Of a stretch of 63,217 nt of DNA, positions 13,235 to 25,183 are shown one piece after another. Origin of the DNA: Escherichia coli (lineage in GTDB: Bacteria; Pseudomonadota; Gammaproteobacteria; Enterobacterales; Enterobacteriaceae). Below the pieces are notes generated by a model. That model saw only the letters and a list, made by a program, of their open reading frames with translations. It did not search any database and was not told the origin of the DNA. Position 1 is the stretch's first letter. The number at the start of each line of letters is the position of its first letter. The DNA is taken from NCBI RefSeq assembly GCF_003334255.1, contig NZ_QOWU01000026.1, one strand, 5' to 3'. The position numbers were made by a program, and so were the translations under genes.

Positions 13235-13969
13235 TTAAAGATGCATTAACTGGCGAAATTCTTTCACTTTGCTGCGGCTGACCGGCACTTCAAAATCCAG
13301 ATCTTTCAGTCGCAGAATGTAGGTGTTATTAAACCACGGTTCGATTTCGCGTATTTTGTTCAGATTGACACAAAATGAGCGATGGCAGCGGAAAAAATGC
13401 GACGGCGGCAGTTTGCTGCAAAATTCGGTAATGTTCATCGGCATTACGTAGGATTCACGCCGCGTATAGACAAAGGTCATTTTCTCGTGCGCTTCGGCGT
13501 AATAGATATCGTTAATTGGCGTGACGATTATTCGCTCATCTTTCACCAGATTAATGGTGTCATTCTCACGCGTTACCGTCGCGGCAGGCGTACTGCTGGT
13601 CTGCTGTTGTTGCCAGGCCGCTTCCAGTTTTTGCAGCATCCCGGTAATACGTGACTCCTGATACGGTTTGAGAATGTAGTCAAACGCCTCCAGTTCAAAC
13701 GCTTCTACCGCATGTTCTTTCCACGCGGTGATGAACACAATAAACGGTTTATGGGCGAACTGGCTGATGTTTTGCGCCAGCAACACGCCATCCAGCGACG
13801 GAATATTGATATCCAGAAAAATGGCGTCGACGCGGTTATGCTGCAAAAACTTCAACACGTCCAGACCGTCGTCAAAGGTGCCGACAATCTCCATCTGGCT
13901 GTGCTCTTTAATTAGCCAGCTCAGTTCCTGTTGTGCCAGGAATTCGTCTTCAACAATGATGACTTTCAC
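13235..13969 (-). CDS. ypdB: LytTR response regulator YpdB
   Basis: Receiver domain (VIIVEDE...D...) plus a LytTR C-terminus. The ORF track starts at ATG 13987; the K-12 annotation uses the GTG six codons downstream (244 aa). Either start is possible. Confidence 0.9.
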   Translation of the reverse strand: MKVIIVEDEFLAQQELSWLIKEHSQMEIVGTFDDGLDVLKFLQHNRVDAIFLDINIPSLDGVLLAQNISQFAHKPFIVFITAWKEHAVEAFELEAFDYILKPYQESRITGMLQKLEAAWQQQQTSSTPAATVTRENDTINLVKDERIIVTPINDIYYAEAHEKMTFVYTRRESYVMPMNITEFCSKLPPSHFFRCHRSFCVNLNKIREIEPWFNNTYILRLKDLDFEVPVSRSKVKEFRQLMHL

Positions 13970-13983
13970 AATATCACTCCGGC

Positions 13984-15681
13984 TCAAAGCAATAACGTAG
14001 CCTGTGAGGCGACTGGGGTGCGTTGGTTAGGAATGTAAAACGCAATTTCCGTCCCCGGCTCCAGGCGGCGGATATGCAGCCCCTCGCCATACAATAACTT
14101 CACGCGATGATGGACATTCAGCAGGCCAATTTTATTGCCCGGCATTTCATTCGCTTCGACCCGCTCAATCACCTTTGGATCGATGCCGTGCCCGGTATCT
14201 CGCACCGCAATGCGTACCCGATTTCCGCACTCTGCAACGCTGATGGTGACAACGCCTTTACCTTTGCAAGGCTGAATACCGTGGACAATGGCGTTCTCCA
14301 CCAACGGCTGGATCAGCAGGCTGGGAATGCAGCAATTCACCTCTTCATCAATATCATAGATAACCGTCAGCTTGTCACCAAAGCGGGCCTGCTCAATGGC
14401 AATATAGTCTTTAATTTGATACAGCTCTTTTTTGATATCGATTTGCTCATCGTCTTTTAATTCAATGTTATAGCGCAGATAACGCGACAGATTAAAGATC
14501 AACTGGCGAGCGGTATCCGGATTCAGACGGATTGACGATGAAATAGCGTTCAGAGCGTTAAACAGAAAATGGGGATTAATTTTGCTTTGCAGGGCGCGAA
14601 GCTCTGCCTTATTTGCCATTTCACGTAGCTGCTCGGCGCGTGAAACCTCCAGTTGCGTGGAGATGATTTGCGACAGACCGACCGCCATTTCCTGTAATGA
14701 CGAGGTGATCTGATGCGCGTGGCAGTAGTAAATTTTCAGCGTTCCGGTCACGACCCCTTTCTCCCACAATGGGATCACCAGCATGGAATGAATCTCTGGT
14801 GTGCGGTGGGCTTCATCATTGTTTTTAATGATGATTTTTCCGTAATTCATCGCCTGACGGGTAGTCGGGCTAATGAAGTCATCGCCATTCTGATAGTTAT
14901 GTTCACCCACGCCAACATAGGCCAGCACATGATCGGTATTAGTAATCGCCACCGCATCGGCGTGAATGTCATCGCGGATAATTTCGCAGACCTTGCGTAA
15001 TGACTCGCTATTGACATGGCGAAACAGCGGTAGCGTTTTGTTGGCGATATCCAGCGCCAGCTTGGCCTGCCGCGCGGCGCTGGCCTCTTTTTCGCCCTCA
15101 ACGCTTTGCACCAGAAGCACAATAAAGCCGATACAGACGCTACCGAGGATCATTGGAATGCCGATTTTAGAGACGATATCGATCCCCAACGCGGTAGTTG
15201 GTGCCCAGACAATTACCAGAATCATGGTCAACGTCTCACACAACATGCCGCCGAGAATACCGACGCGCCAGCGCTGTGCTTTGGGGATTTTCAGGTTGAT
15301 CCAGCCCGATATACAACCCGCCAGAATGCTGGTGATAAAGCAGGGGATCGCCGTCACGCCGCCGATATCAATTAAATACCGGTGAATACCCGCAATCACG
15401 CCGGTAATGATGCCTACCCACGGGCCAAACAGAATCCCGCCGGACATCACCGCGATAATACGTACGTTCACCAGCGAGCCTTCTACGGGAACGCCGGACC
15501 AGGTGCTGAACAGGGCGAACAGCGAGAAAATGGCGGTAACGGCGAGCAATTCTTTTGGGGAGTGCGCCGACTTGTGCAACAGTTCGCGAAACAGGCGGAT
15601 ACGGATGAGAAAGAACAGGCAGATAAGCATTAACGCTGCCCGATCGAAGACCGCCAGCAGCATGTTGAATATTTCGTGCAC
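13984..15681 (-). CDS. ypdA: LytS-type sensor histidine kinase YpdA
   Basis: 565 aa. 5TM-LytS N-terminus, GAF, His-kinase ([10 protein letters not shown]) and ATPase domains. Confidence 0.93.
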
Positions 15682-16056
15682 GGGTGACTCTGAATAAGGA
15701 TTAAACCTCTATGATAGGTAACCTGAAGGCTGATGACCAGCAGGCCGTTTTTGAGGAAAAACCACAATTTTAAAAGGGGATTGATAGATAAATGGTGTAT
15801 TAGCAATGCATCTCTTGATAATGCACTTCTGGTTAGTAAATTTATTGAAATTATTATGTTAATAAAATGAGTGGTAATTTTCTTGTTAGCGCAGATAAAT
15901 TTCCTGTTTTTAAAGCAGAGTTCCTCATTTAACGTCATTAATAAAATGTTCTAAAACGCTGGACAGACAGAAATTAATCAGGCTATTTTCAAAACAGCCA
16001 CCATCGTGGCAGCGTCGCTCGGACGGTCCGGGCGCTAACGTTAATCTGAGGAAATT

Positions 16057-17295
16057 ATGGCTGACACTCGCCCTGAACGTCGCTTTACGCGCATTGATCG
16101 TCTCCCGCCCTACGTTTTTAACATCACCGCTGAACTGAAAATGGCTGCGCGTCGGCGCGGCGAAGATATTATCGATTTCAGCATGGGTAACCCGGACGGT
16201 GCGACTCCGCCGCATATCGTCGAAAAATTATGTACTGTGGCCCAGCGCCCGGACACGCATGGTTACTCCACTTCACGCGGCATTCCGCGGTTACGTCGCG
16301 CCATTTCCCGCTGGTATCAGGATCGCTACGACGTTGAAATCGACCCGGAATCAGAAGCCATCGTCACTATTGGTTCGAAAGAGGGCCTGGCGCATCTGAT
16401 GCTGGCGACGCTGGATCATGGTGACACGGTGCTGGTGCCGAATCCAAGTTACCCGATCCATATTTATGGCGCGGTGATTGCCGGGGCGCAGGTACGCTCA
16501 GTGCCGCTGGTGGAAGGTGTCGATTTCTTCAACGAACTGGAGCGAGCCATTCGTGAAAGTTATCCGAAACCGAAGATGATGATCCTCGGCTTCCCGTCAA
16601 ACCCAACCGCGCAATGCGTGGAACTGGAGTTCTTCGAAAAAGTAGTGGCGCTGGCGAAACGCTACGATGTGCTGGTGGTCCATGACCTGGCCTATGCCGA
16701 TATCGTCTACGATGGCTGGAAAGCGCCGTCAATTATGCAGGTACCGGGTGCACGCGATGTGGCAGTCGAGTTCTTTACGCTGTCGAAAAGCTACAACATG
16801 GCGGGCTGGCGTATCGGCTTTATGGTTGGCAACAAAACGCTGGTCAGCGCCCTGGCTCGTATTAAAAGCTATCACGATTACGGCACCTTTACGCCGTTGC
16901 AGGTGGCGGCGATTGCGGCGCTGGAGGGCGATCAACAGTGCGTGCGCGACATTGCCGAACAGTACAAACGCCGCCGTGATGTATTGGTTAAAGGGCTGCA
17001 TGAAGCGGGCTGGATGGTTGAAATGCCGAAGGCTTCGATGTATGTCTGGGCGAAAATCCCGGAACCATATGCGGCCATGGGATCGCTGGAATTTGCCAAG
17101 AAGCTCCTTAACGAAGCGAAGGTTTGTGTCTCGCCGGGGATTGGCTTTGGCGACTATGGTGATACGCATGTTCGCTTTGCACTGATTGAAAACCGCGACC
17201 GTATTCGTCAGGCCATCAGAGGGATTAAAGCGATGTTCCGTGCCGACGGTTTACTACCCGCCAGCAGCAAACATATTCACGAAAACGCGGAATAA
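16057..17295 (+). CDS. alaC: glutamate-pyruvate aminotransferase AlaC
   Basis: 412 aa class I aminotransferase ([15 protein letters not shown]-lysine block). K-12 synteny. Confidence 0.95.
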   Translation: MADTRPERRFTRIDRLPPYVFNITAELKMAARRRGEDIIDFSMGNPDGATPPHIVEKLCTVAQRPDTHGYSTSRGIPRLRRAISRWYQDRYDVEIDPESEAIVTIGSKEGLAHLMLATLDHGDTVLVPNPSYPIHIYGAVIAGAQVRSVPLVEGVDFFNELERAIRESYPKPKMMILGFPSNPTAQCVELEFFEKVVALAKRYDVLVVHDLAYADIVYDGWKAPSIMQVPGARDVAVEFFTLSKSYNMAGWRIGFMVGNKTLVSALARIKSYHDYGTFTPLQVAAIAALEGDQQCVRDIAEQYKRRRDVLVKGLHEAGWMVEMPKASMYVWAKIPEPYAAMGSLEFAKKLLNEAKVCVSPGIGFGDYGDTHVRFALIENRDRIRQAIRGIKAMFRADGLLPASSKHIHENAE

Positions 17296-17314
17296 ACACC
17301 GTCGTCAGAAATGC

Positions 17315-17343
17315 AAACAGGAGCCTGATGGCTCCTGTTTTTC
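17315..17343 (+). terminator. alaC intrinsic terminator
   Basis: AAACAGGAGCC-tgat-GGCTCCTGTTTTT. Confidence 0.85.
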
Positions 17344-17359
17344 ATTGCACAGTTTGCTT

Positions 17360-17431
17360 TTAGATCATCAGGGCAAAAGTACCGGCCCAAACGATGACCA
17401 TAAAAGAAATGCCCATAAAGAAATATTTCAC
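17360..17431 (-). CDS. ypdK: small membrane protein YpdK (23 aa)
   Basis: Not in the ORF track because it is under 60 aa. The minus strand reads GTG AAA TAT TTC TTT ATG GGC ... = (M)KYFFMGISFMVIVWAGTFALMI*, recognised as K-12 YpdK. Confidence 0.8.
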   Translation of the reverse strand: MKYFFMGISFMVIVWAGTFALMI

Positions 17432-17786
17432 TTTACATCTCTCCGCGTAATTACTGTTACGCCTGAATGACTTCATTACACCTGATACAGTGAGTTGACA
17501 CCGGGCAAAGCGACCTTAAAAGCCCTGTATTTTACCGTGGGCATCACCCCAGAATTCTGAGCTAAACTGCTCGAGACGGCGCTAATGTACGCCTAAAACT
17601 GAAACGAGACAAGAGGCATTTTCTTATTTACTTTTAGTAACTTACAAGTGTCTCATATCGGCGACAGTTTAATTTCTGACGGTAATAATTAGATATTCAG
17701 CGAAGGAAAAAACCTTAAGAAAAAAGCCATAAAAACCATGAGGTTATTATGGCCGATTTGAGGAGGGAAAGAGTAAGAGCAGTTTG

Positions 17787-18707
17787 TTAAATGTACAACG
17801 ACGATTCTCCCACCGGGCGCGTTTTAAAGCGACGGTGGATCCAGAGGTACTGCTCCGGTGCGCGCATGATCTCTTTCTCGATAATCTTGTTCATATAGGC
17901 AGCGGCTTGATTTTCATCTGTCGGGTAGCCTTCCATCTCTGGGGTGATGAACAAACGATATCCGCTGTAATCCGCTTTTCTTACCATCGTTACGGTCAAC
18001 ATGGCTGCGCCAGAGAGACGGGAGAGAACATAGGTGCCATTGGTTGTGGCGACATTTTCCACCGCAAAGAACGGCGCGAAGGAGCTGCCTTTACGACCAT
18101 AATCCTGATCGGGAGCAAACCATACCGCTTCACCTTTCTTCAGTGCACCGACAATGCCGCGCAGATTATTTCTGCCGATCATCGCTTTGTTAGAGCGCAT
18201 GCGCCCACGGGTCTGCACCCATTCCATCAGCTGATTATTATGTGGACGATAGGTAGCCATCATTGGTTGGCACAGTCCCATCACGCGGCCGCCCAGTTCC
18301 AGCGACATAAAATGGACGCCGACAACCATTACGCCGCGATTTTGCATTTGTGCGCGTTTAAGGTTATCCAACCCTTCAACATCAAACCATTTACGTACGC
18401 GACTGTCGGGCCAGAACCATGCCATGCCGGTTTCTACCAGCGCCATGCCGAGTGAACGAAAGTTTTCGGCAATCATCTTCTCGCGTTCTTCCGCAGAATG
18501 CTGCGGGAAACAAAGTTCCAGGTTTTTACGGGCGATAGATTCACGACGTTTCAGGAATGGTCGCGCCATTGCGCCAATACGCGTGCCGAGAAAGCAGAGA
18601 ACAGGATAAGGAAGCTGTACCCAAAGCCAGAGTACACCAAGCCCAAACCATGTGAGCCAGTAGCGAGGATGTAGAAACTCGCGGGAAAATTTGCATTGTG
18701 GAAACAT
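17787..18707 (-). CDS. lpxP: cold-induced palmitoleoyl acyltransferase LpxP (306 aa)
   Basis: ORF track 17787..18773. Internal ATG gives MFPQCKFSREFLHPRYWLTWFG (LpxL/LpxP family). Confidence 0.93.
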   Translation of the reverse strand: MFPQCKFSREFLHPRYWLTWFGLGVLWLWVQLPYPVLCFLGTRIGAMARPFLKRRESIARKNLELCFPQHSAEEREKMIAENFRSLGMALVETGMAWFWPDSRVRKWFDVEGLDNLKRAQMQNRGVMVVGVHFMSLELGGRVMGLCQPMMATYRPHNNQLMEWVQTRGRMRSNKAMIGRNNLRGIVGALKKGEAVWFAPDQDYGRKGSSFAPFFAVENVATTNGTYVLSRLSGAAMLTVTMVRKADYSGYRLFITPEMEGYPTDENQAAAYMNKIIEKEIMRAPEQYLWIHRRFKTRPVGESSLYI

Positions 18708-19059
18708 AGTTACCTTCTGTAGATACGAATTGTTGTATCGCAGAAGATTCCATGTCGACAGCGGTACACTCAATTGGTTGGGCCATCATGTACGACAATG
18801 GTTCCTGTAAAGAGTGTAAAGACTAGTCAGGACATAACCACGAGGAGCATGAATGCGGTATCTGTACTTTATCACTCGCTGACTGCTTTCAGCTACTGAT
18901 TATTAATCGTGCAAAGTAAATATTTTTCCGTACACAACAGTCTTGCATTTAACATGCTGTTTTCATTGATGCTTAGCAAAAATTGCCAGAGGTTAAGGAT
19001 TGTCTTACTATTAAAGTGACTGAAGTTACAGGTTTTTTAGCGCGGCAGGAGGTTGAGCT

Positions 19060-19302
19060 ATGATTAATTTATGGATGTTTCTCGCCCTGTGTATTGTCTG
19101 CGTAAGCGGCTACATCGGTCAGGTACTGAACGTGGTATCGGCGGTCTCTTCTTTCTTCGGCATGGTGATCCTCGCTGCACTCATTTATTACTTCACCATG
19201 TGGTTAACTGGCGGTAATGAACTAGTGACGGGGATATTTATGTTTCTTGCCCCGGCTTGTGGCTTGATGATTCGCTTTATGGTGGGGTATGGCAGGCGGT
19301 AG
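19060..19302 (+). CDS. yfdY: DUF2545 membrane protein YfdY
   Basis: 80-aa hydrophobic ORF in K-12 synteny. Confidence 0.8.
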   Translation: MINLWMFLALCIVCVSGYIGQVLNVVSAVSSFFGMVILAALIYYFTMWLTGGNELVTGIFMFLAPACGLMIRFMVGYGRR

Positions 19303-19378
19303 TGGGTCAGGATGGCTCATTTGGGCAGGTGTTCACATCAGCATCAGACATGATTGTTCACCTGCCATGTGAAAGACG

Positions 19379-19654
19379 CTATCGCACAGGATGAATAAGA
19401 TAATTCGCCTTTGTCGGAAAAGGGGGCGGCATTTCTTCTGTGAGGTTTAATGGTGGCGCATCTTCTCTCATCTTAAACAAAATCGCCTGTGATGGCTGAA
19501 GTTTTGTAGAGTGTGTGGTCGTCATCGCTGATGTTTTTTCAGTCTCTTTATAGCTCCTCTCACTTCCACCACCCGAAATGGAAAATGCAAAAACATTGCA
19601 TGCCATAATAGAGACCAATAAAAATAAGCTGAAAAGTATTAAGTTTACTTTCAT
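19379..19654 (-). CDS. ypdI: putative lipoprotein YpdI
   Basis: 91 aa with a lipobox-like N-terminus MKVNLILFSLFLLVSIMAC. K-12 synteny. Confidence 0.8.
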   Translation of the reverse strand: MKVNLILFSLFLLVSIMACNVFAFSISGGGSERSYKETEKTSAMTTTHSTKLQPSQAILFKMREDAPPLNLTEEMPPPFPTKANYLIHPVR

Positions 19655-19949
19655 AGAAAGTTATCCTGAAAATGGTTCACTGAGAACCTACGATGTTATG
19701 GCTGTATTTACATTTAATTAATCAGTATTTACATCGATATAATAAATGACATCTCTTTGTGGTATATAAGAATAGTTCTCTGCGACAGGAAGCATATTCC
19801 TACAATTGTAAGACTAAAATACTTCTTGCGATAATAACTACAACTGTAAGATAACCCTTTCAAAATGACCGTTGCTCTCTGATTTCTCATTTCATGCTCA
19901 CCCAATATGATGGCGGCGTTTTCTAAAACTGTTAAAGAATGAGGTAAGT

Positions 19950-20585
19950 ATGAAACGTTTAATTATGGCCACGATGGTCACAGCAATTCTGGCATCTTCA
20001 ACTGTATGGGCTGCTGATAATGCTCCGGTAGCGGCACAACAGCAAACTCAGCAAGTTCAGCAAACCCAGAAAACGGCAGCGGCAGCAGAGCGTATCTCTG
20101 AACAAGGTTTATATGCGATGCGTGACGTGCAGGTAGCGCGCCTGGCTCTGTTTCATGGCGATCCAGAAAAGGCAAAAGAACTGACCAATGAAGCTTCCGC
20201 TTTGCTGTCAGATGACAGTACCGAATGGGCAAAGTTCGCTAAGCCAGGTAAAAAGACCAATCTCAATGATGACCAATATATTGTCATTAATGCATCTGTC
20301 GGAATTTCTGAGAGTTATGTAGCAACTCCCGAAAAAGAAGCCGCGATAAAAATTGCCAATGAAAAAATGGCGAAAGGGGATAAAAAGGGCGCAATGGAAG
20401 AGCTTCGCCTGGCCGGTGTTGGCGTAATGGAAAACCAATATCTGATGCCACTTAAACAGACTCGTAATGCACTTGCTGATGCGCAGAAACTGCTTGATAA
20501 AAAGCAATACTACGAGGCAAACCTGGCGCTTAAAGGTGCGGAAGATGGAATCATCGTCGATAGCGAAGCACTGTTTGTGAACTAA
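19950..20585 (+). CDS. yfdX: periplasmic protein YfdX
   Basis: 211 aa, signal peptide [21 protein letters not shown]. First gene of the EvgA-regulated yfdX-frc-oxc-yfdVE cluster. Confidence 0.92.
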   Translation: MKRLIMATMVTAILASSTVWAADNAPVAAQQQTQQVQQTQKTAAAAERISEQGLYAMRDVQVARLALFHGDPEKAKELTNEASALLSDDSTEWAKFAKPGKKTNLNDDQYIVINASVGISESYVATPEKEAAIKIANEKMAKGDKKGAMEELRLAGVGVMENQYLMPLKQTRNALADAQKLLDKKQYYEANLALKGAEDGIIVDSEALFVN

Positions 20586-21097
20586 TGCTGACAGGCAGTA
20601 TATTGAGGTAAAGGATTTAACTCCCTCCAGCCGACAATTTTTTATGACCACAATACGACAGGTTGTGGTCATAAAATTATTTGGCGCTCGCGGTGCTATA
20701 AACTCGCATTTTATATTCCTCAAAGTAAACCGCAATAATCCCGTGTCATCACAAATCATTTATTATGTTATGTTTTATGGTACGCTTTAAAAAGCGTAAT
20801 CATACCCTTGCTTGTAAATCACCGGCGCTTCTTACAGTTGTAAGAATAACATCACAAATGTCGCGACTCTCTCTGATTACCACGAATCAATATTTATCAT
20901 ATTCTTCTTTTCGTCCTCACTACTTACCATGCAGAAAGGAATTGGAAGTGGCGATGAAATGATTTTCAGCACTTGATACAGGATTTTAAAAATATCGAGT
21001 GCAGCTACGACGATATTTTGCGGGTTATTTATAGAAGATATTACGCCTTAAATAAACGCTAAATTAACACATATTTAATTAACTAATAGGTATTGCT

Positions 21098-22348
21098 ATG
21101 TCAACTCCACTTCAAGGAATTAAAGTTCTCGATTTCACCGGTGTGCAATCTGGCCCATCTTGTACTCAAATGCTGGCCTGGTTTGGCGCTGACGTTATTA
21201 AAATTGAACGTCCCGGCGTTGGTGACGTAACGCGTCACCAGCTGCGAGATATTCCTGATATCGATGCGCTTTACTTCACCATGCTTAACAGTAACAAACG
21301 TTCTATTGAGTTAAATACCAAAACAGCGGAAGGCAAAGAGGTAATGGAAAAGCTGATCCGCGAAGCTGATATCTTAGTCGAGAACTTTCATCCAGGGGCC
21401 ATTGATCACATGGGCTTCACCTGGGAGCATATTCAAGAAATCAATCCACGTCTGATTTTTGGTTCGATCAAAGGGTTTGATGAGTGTTCGCCTTATGTGA
21501 ATGTAAAAGCCTATGAAAACGTTGCTCAGGCAGCGGGTGGCGCGGCATCCACTACGGGTTTTTGGGATGGTCCGCCGCTGGTAAGCGCTGCAGCGTTGGG
21601 TGACAGCAACACCGGAATGCATTTGCTGATCGGTTTACTTGCTGCTTTGCTGCATCGCGAAAAAACGGGGCGTGGGCAACGAGTCACCATGTCAATGCAG
21701 GATGCCGTATTGAACCTTTGCCGCGTGAAATTACGTGACCAGCAGCGTCTCGATAAATTGGGTTATCTGGAAGAATACCCGCAGTATCCGAATGGTACAT
21801 TTGGTGATGCAGTTCCCCGCGGTGGTAATGCAGGTGGTGGCGGTCAGCCTGGCTGGATCCTGAAATGTAAAGGCTGGGAAACCGATCCTAACGCCTATAT
21901 TTATTTCACTATTCAGGAGCAAAACTGGGAAAACACCTGTAAAGCCATCGGCAAACCAGAATGGATTACCGATCCGGCATACAGTACAGCCCATGCACGA
22001 CAGCCACATATTTTCGATATTTTTGCTGAAATCGAAAAATACACTGTCACTATTGATAAACATGAAGCGGTGGCCTATTTGACTCAGTTTGATATTCCTT
22101 GTGCACCGGTTTTAAGTATGAAAGAAATTTCACTTGATCCCTCTTTGCGCCAAAGTGGCAGTGTTGTTGAAGTGGAACAACCGTTGCGTGGAAAATATCT
22201 GACCGTTGGTTGTCCAATGAAATTCTCTGCCTTTACGCCGGATATTAAAGCTGCGCCGCTATTAGGTGAACATACCGCTGCTGTATTGCAGGAGCTGGGT
22301 TATAGCGACGATGAAATTGCTGCAATGAAGCAAAACCACGCCATCTGA
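21098..22348 (+). CDS. frc: formyl-CoA:oxalate CoA-transferase
   Basis: 416 aa class III CoA-transferase ([37 protein letters not shown]). Confidence 0.96.
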
Positions 22349-22401
22349 TATTAACGGGGGCTTCTGGCTCCCAATTTATAAAAATTTCGAGGTTATTAAT
22401 C

Positions 22402-24096
22402 ATGTCAGATCAACTTCAAATGACAGATGGTATGCATATCATCGTTGAAGCATTAAAACAGAATAATATTGACACTATTTATGGTGTTGTAGGTATTCCT
22501 GTGACGGATATGGCACGCCATGCCCAGGCGGAAGGCATTCGTTATATTGGTTTTCGTCATGAGCAGTCGGCAGGCTATGCCGCTGCGGCAAGCGGTTTTC
22601 TTACCCAAAAACCGGGGATCTGCCTGACAGTTTCTGCGCCAGGATTCCTCAATGGTTTGACCGCATTGGCCAACGCAACGGTAAATGGTTTTCCGATGAT
22701 CATGATTAGCGGCTCCAGCGACCGCGCGATCGTCGACCTACAGCAAGGTGATTATGAAGAGCTGGACCAAATGAATGCGGCAAAACCGTATGCCAAAGCA
22801 GCATTTCGCGTTAATCAGCCGCAGGATCTTGGCATTGCATTGGCACGCGCTATCCGGGTCTCTGTATCGGGTCGCCCTGGCGGAGTTTATCTTGATTTGC
22901 CAGCAAATGTCCTGGCCGCGACGATGGAAAAAGACGAAGCGTTAACCACGATTGTTAAAGTTGAAAATCCGTCGCCAGCATTATTGCCATGCCCGAAGTC
23001 AGTCACTAGCGCAATTTCGCTTTTAGCAAAAGCTGAACGGCCATTAATTATCCTTGGCAAAGGCGCGGCGTATTCACAAGCTGATGAACAGCTTCGTGAA
23101 TTTATTGAAAGTGCTCAGATTCCATTCCTGCCAATGTCTATGGCGAAAGGGATCCTTGAAGATACGCATCCACTTTCTGCGGCAGCTGCGCGTTCGTTTG
23201 CCCTGGCAAATGCTGACGTTGTCATGCTTGTTGGTGCACGACTGAATTGGTTATTGGCACACGGTAAAAAAGGATGGGCGGCAGATACACAGTTTATTCA
23301 ACTGGATATTGAACCGCAGGAAATTGACAGCAACCGCCCCATTGCTGTGCCAGTCGTTGGTGATATTGCATCCAGTATGCAAGGTATGCTGGCAGAACTG
23401 AAACAAAACACATTTACGACTCCACTGGTATGGCGCGATATTTTAAATATCCACAAGCAGCAAAATGCACAAAAAATGCATGAAAAATTAAGTACAGATA
23501 CTCAACCATTAAATTACTTTAATGCATTAAGTGCTGTGCGCGACGTATTGCGCGAGAACCAGGATATTTATTTAGTTAATGAAGGTGCAAATACCCTGGA
23601 TAATGCACGAAATATTATTGATATGTATAAACCACGTCGTCGTCTGGATTGTGGTACCTGGGGTGTCATGGGCATCGGTATGGGCTATGCCATCGGTGCT
23701 AGCGTGACTTCTGGTTCTCCGGTTGTCGCCATTGAAGGTGATAGTGCTTTTGGTTTCAGTGGGATGGAAATTGAAACGATTTGTCGATATAACCTGCCGG
23801 TGACGATCGTTATTTTTAATAATGGCGGCATCTACAGAGGAGACGGTGTTGATCTCAGTGGCGCTGGTGCACCATCACCAACGGATCTGTTGCACCATGC
23901 AAGGTATGACAAATTAATGGATGCGTTTCGTGGCGTTGGCTATAACGTCACCACGACAGATGAACTTCGTCATGCTTTAACCACCGGTATTCAGTCGCGC
24001 AAACCGACCATTATTAATGTGGTCATCGACCCTGCAGCAGGAACTGAAAGTGGCCATATTACCAAACTTAACCCAAAACAAGTCGCTGGTAATTAA
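22402..24096 (+). CDS. oxc: oxalyl-CoA decarboxylase (ThDP-dependent)
   Basis: 564 aa with a ThDP motif (GDSAFGFSGMEIETICRYNLPVTIVIFNNGG). Confidence 0.96.
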   Translation: MSDQLQMTDGMHIIVEALKQNNIDTIYGVVGIPVTDMARHAQAEGIRYIGFRHEQSAGYAAAASGFLTQKPGICLTVSAPGFLNGLTALANATVNGFPMIMISGSSDRAIVDLQQGDYEELDQMNAAKPYAKAAFRVNQPQDLGIALARAIRVSVSGRPGGVYLDLPANVLAATMEKDEALTTIVKVENPSPALLPCPKSVTSAISLLAKAERPLIILGKGAAYSQADEQLREFIESAQIPFLPMSMAKGILEDTHPLSAAAARSFALANADVVMLVGARLNWLLAHGKKGWAADTQFIQLDIEPQEIDSNRPIAVPVVGDIASSMQGMLAELKQNTFTTPLVWRDILNIHKQQNAQKMHEKLSTDTQPLNYFNALSAVRDVLRENQDIYLVNEGANTLDNARNIIDMYKPRRRLDCGTWGVMGIGMGYAIGASVTSGSPVVAIEGDSAFGFSGMEIETICRYNLPVTIVIFNNGGIYRGDGVDLSGAGAPSPTDLLHHARYDKLMDAFRGVGYNVTTTDELRHALTTGIQSRKPTIINVVIDPAAGTESGHITKLNPKQVAGN

Positions 24097-24165
24097 ATAC
24101 TGACATCGTCTCCTCTTGCCAACTCATTATGCGATGGTGAGGGGACCCTTATCGGAAATACTATT

Positions 24166-25110
24166 ATGCTAACATTTTTTATTGGCGATTTATTGCCTAT
24201 TATCGTAATCATGCTGTTGGGTTATTTTAGCGGCAGACGAGAAACATTTTCAGAAGATCAAGCTCGGGCATTTAATAAACTGGTATTAAACTACGCGCTT
24301 CCTGCGGCTCTATTTGTATCTATTACTCGGGCAAACAGGGAAATGATTTTTGCGGACACTCGTCTGACCCTTGTATCACTTGTGGTTATTGTCGGATGTT
24401 TCTTTTTCTCCTGGTTCGGTTGCTACAAATTTTTTAAACGTACCCATGCAGAAGCAGCTGTATGTGCATTAATTGCAGGTTCACCTACCATTGGATTCCT
24501 GGGGTTTGCAGTTCTCGATCCTATTTATGGTGATTCCGTATCAACAGGTTTAGTGGTAGCAATTATTTCTATTATTGTTAACGCAATTACTATTCCTATT
24601 GGTCTGTATTTGCTGAATCCTTCTTCAGGAGCGGATGGTAAGAAGAATAGTAATCTGAGCGCATTAAATTCTGCGGCAAAGGAGCCAGTAGTATGGGCAC
24701 CTGTTCTGGCAACGATCCTGGTGTTGGTTGGGGTAAAAATTCCGGCAGCATGGGACCCAACCTTTAATCTGATTGCGAAGGCTAACTCAGGGGTAGCGGT
24801 ATTCGCTGCGGGGTTGACTCTGGCTGCACATAAATTCGAGTTCAGTGCCGAAATTGCTTATAACACCTTCCTGAAGCTGATTCTGATGCCACTGGCACTG
24901 CTTCTCGTTGGTATGGCATGTCATTTGAACAGCGAACATCTGCAGATGATGGTACTGGCAGGCGCATTACCGCCGGCATTCTCCGGAATCATTATTGCCA
25001 GCCGGTTTAATGTCTACACCCGTACTGGTACAGCGTCATTGGCTGTGAGCGTACTGGGCTTTGTCGTCACGGCTCCCTTGTGGATTTATGTCAGTCGACT
25101 GGTTTCATAA
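24166..25110 (+). CDS. yfdV: AEC-family transporter YfdV
   Basis: 314-aa polytopic ORF in K-12 synteny. Confidence 0.9.
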   Translation: MLTFFIGDLLPIIVIMLLGYFSGRRETFSEDQARAFNKLVLNYALPAALFVSITRANREMIFADTRLTLVSLVVIVGCFFFSWFGCYKFFKRTHAEAAVCALIAGSPTIGFLGFAVLDPIYGDSVSTGLVVAIISIIVNAITIPIGLYLLNPSSGADGKKNSNLSALNSAAKEPVVWAPVLATILVLVGVKIPAAWDPTFNLIAKANSGVAVFAAGLTLAAHKFEFSAEIAYNTFLKLILMPLALLLVGMACHLNSEHLQMMVLAGALPPAFSGIIIASRFNVYTRTGTASLAVSVLGFVVTAPLWIYVSRLVS

Positions 25111-25183
25111 TTAATCATGTTATTGATTTTACATAAATGCCGAAGTGTCTTTTCACCTTCGGCTTTTTTCAAGGCATAAGCAA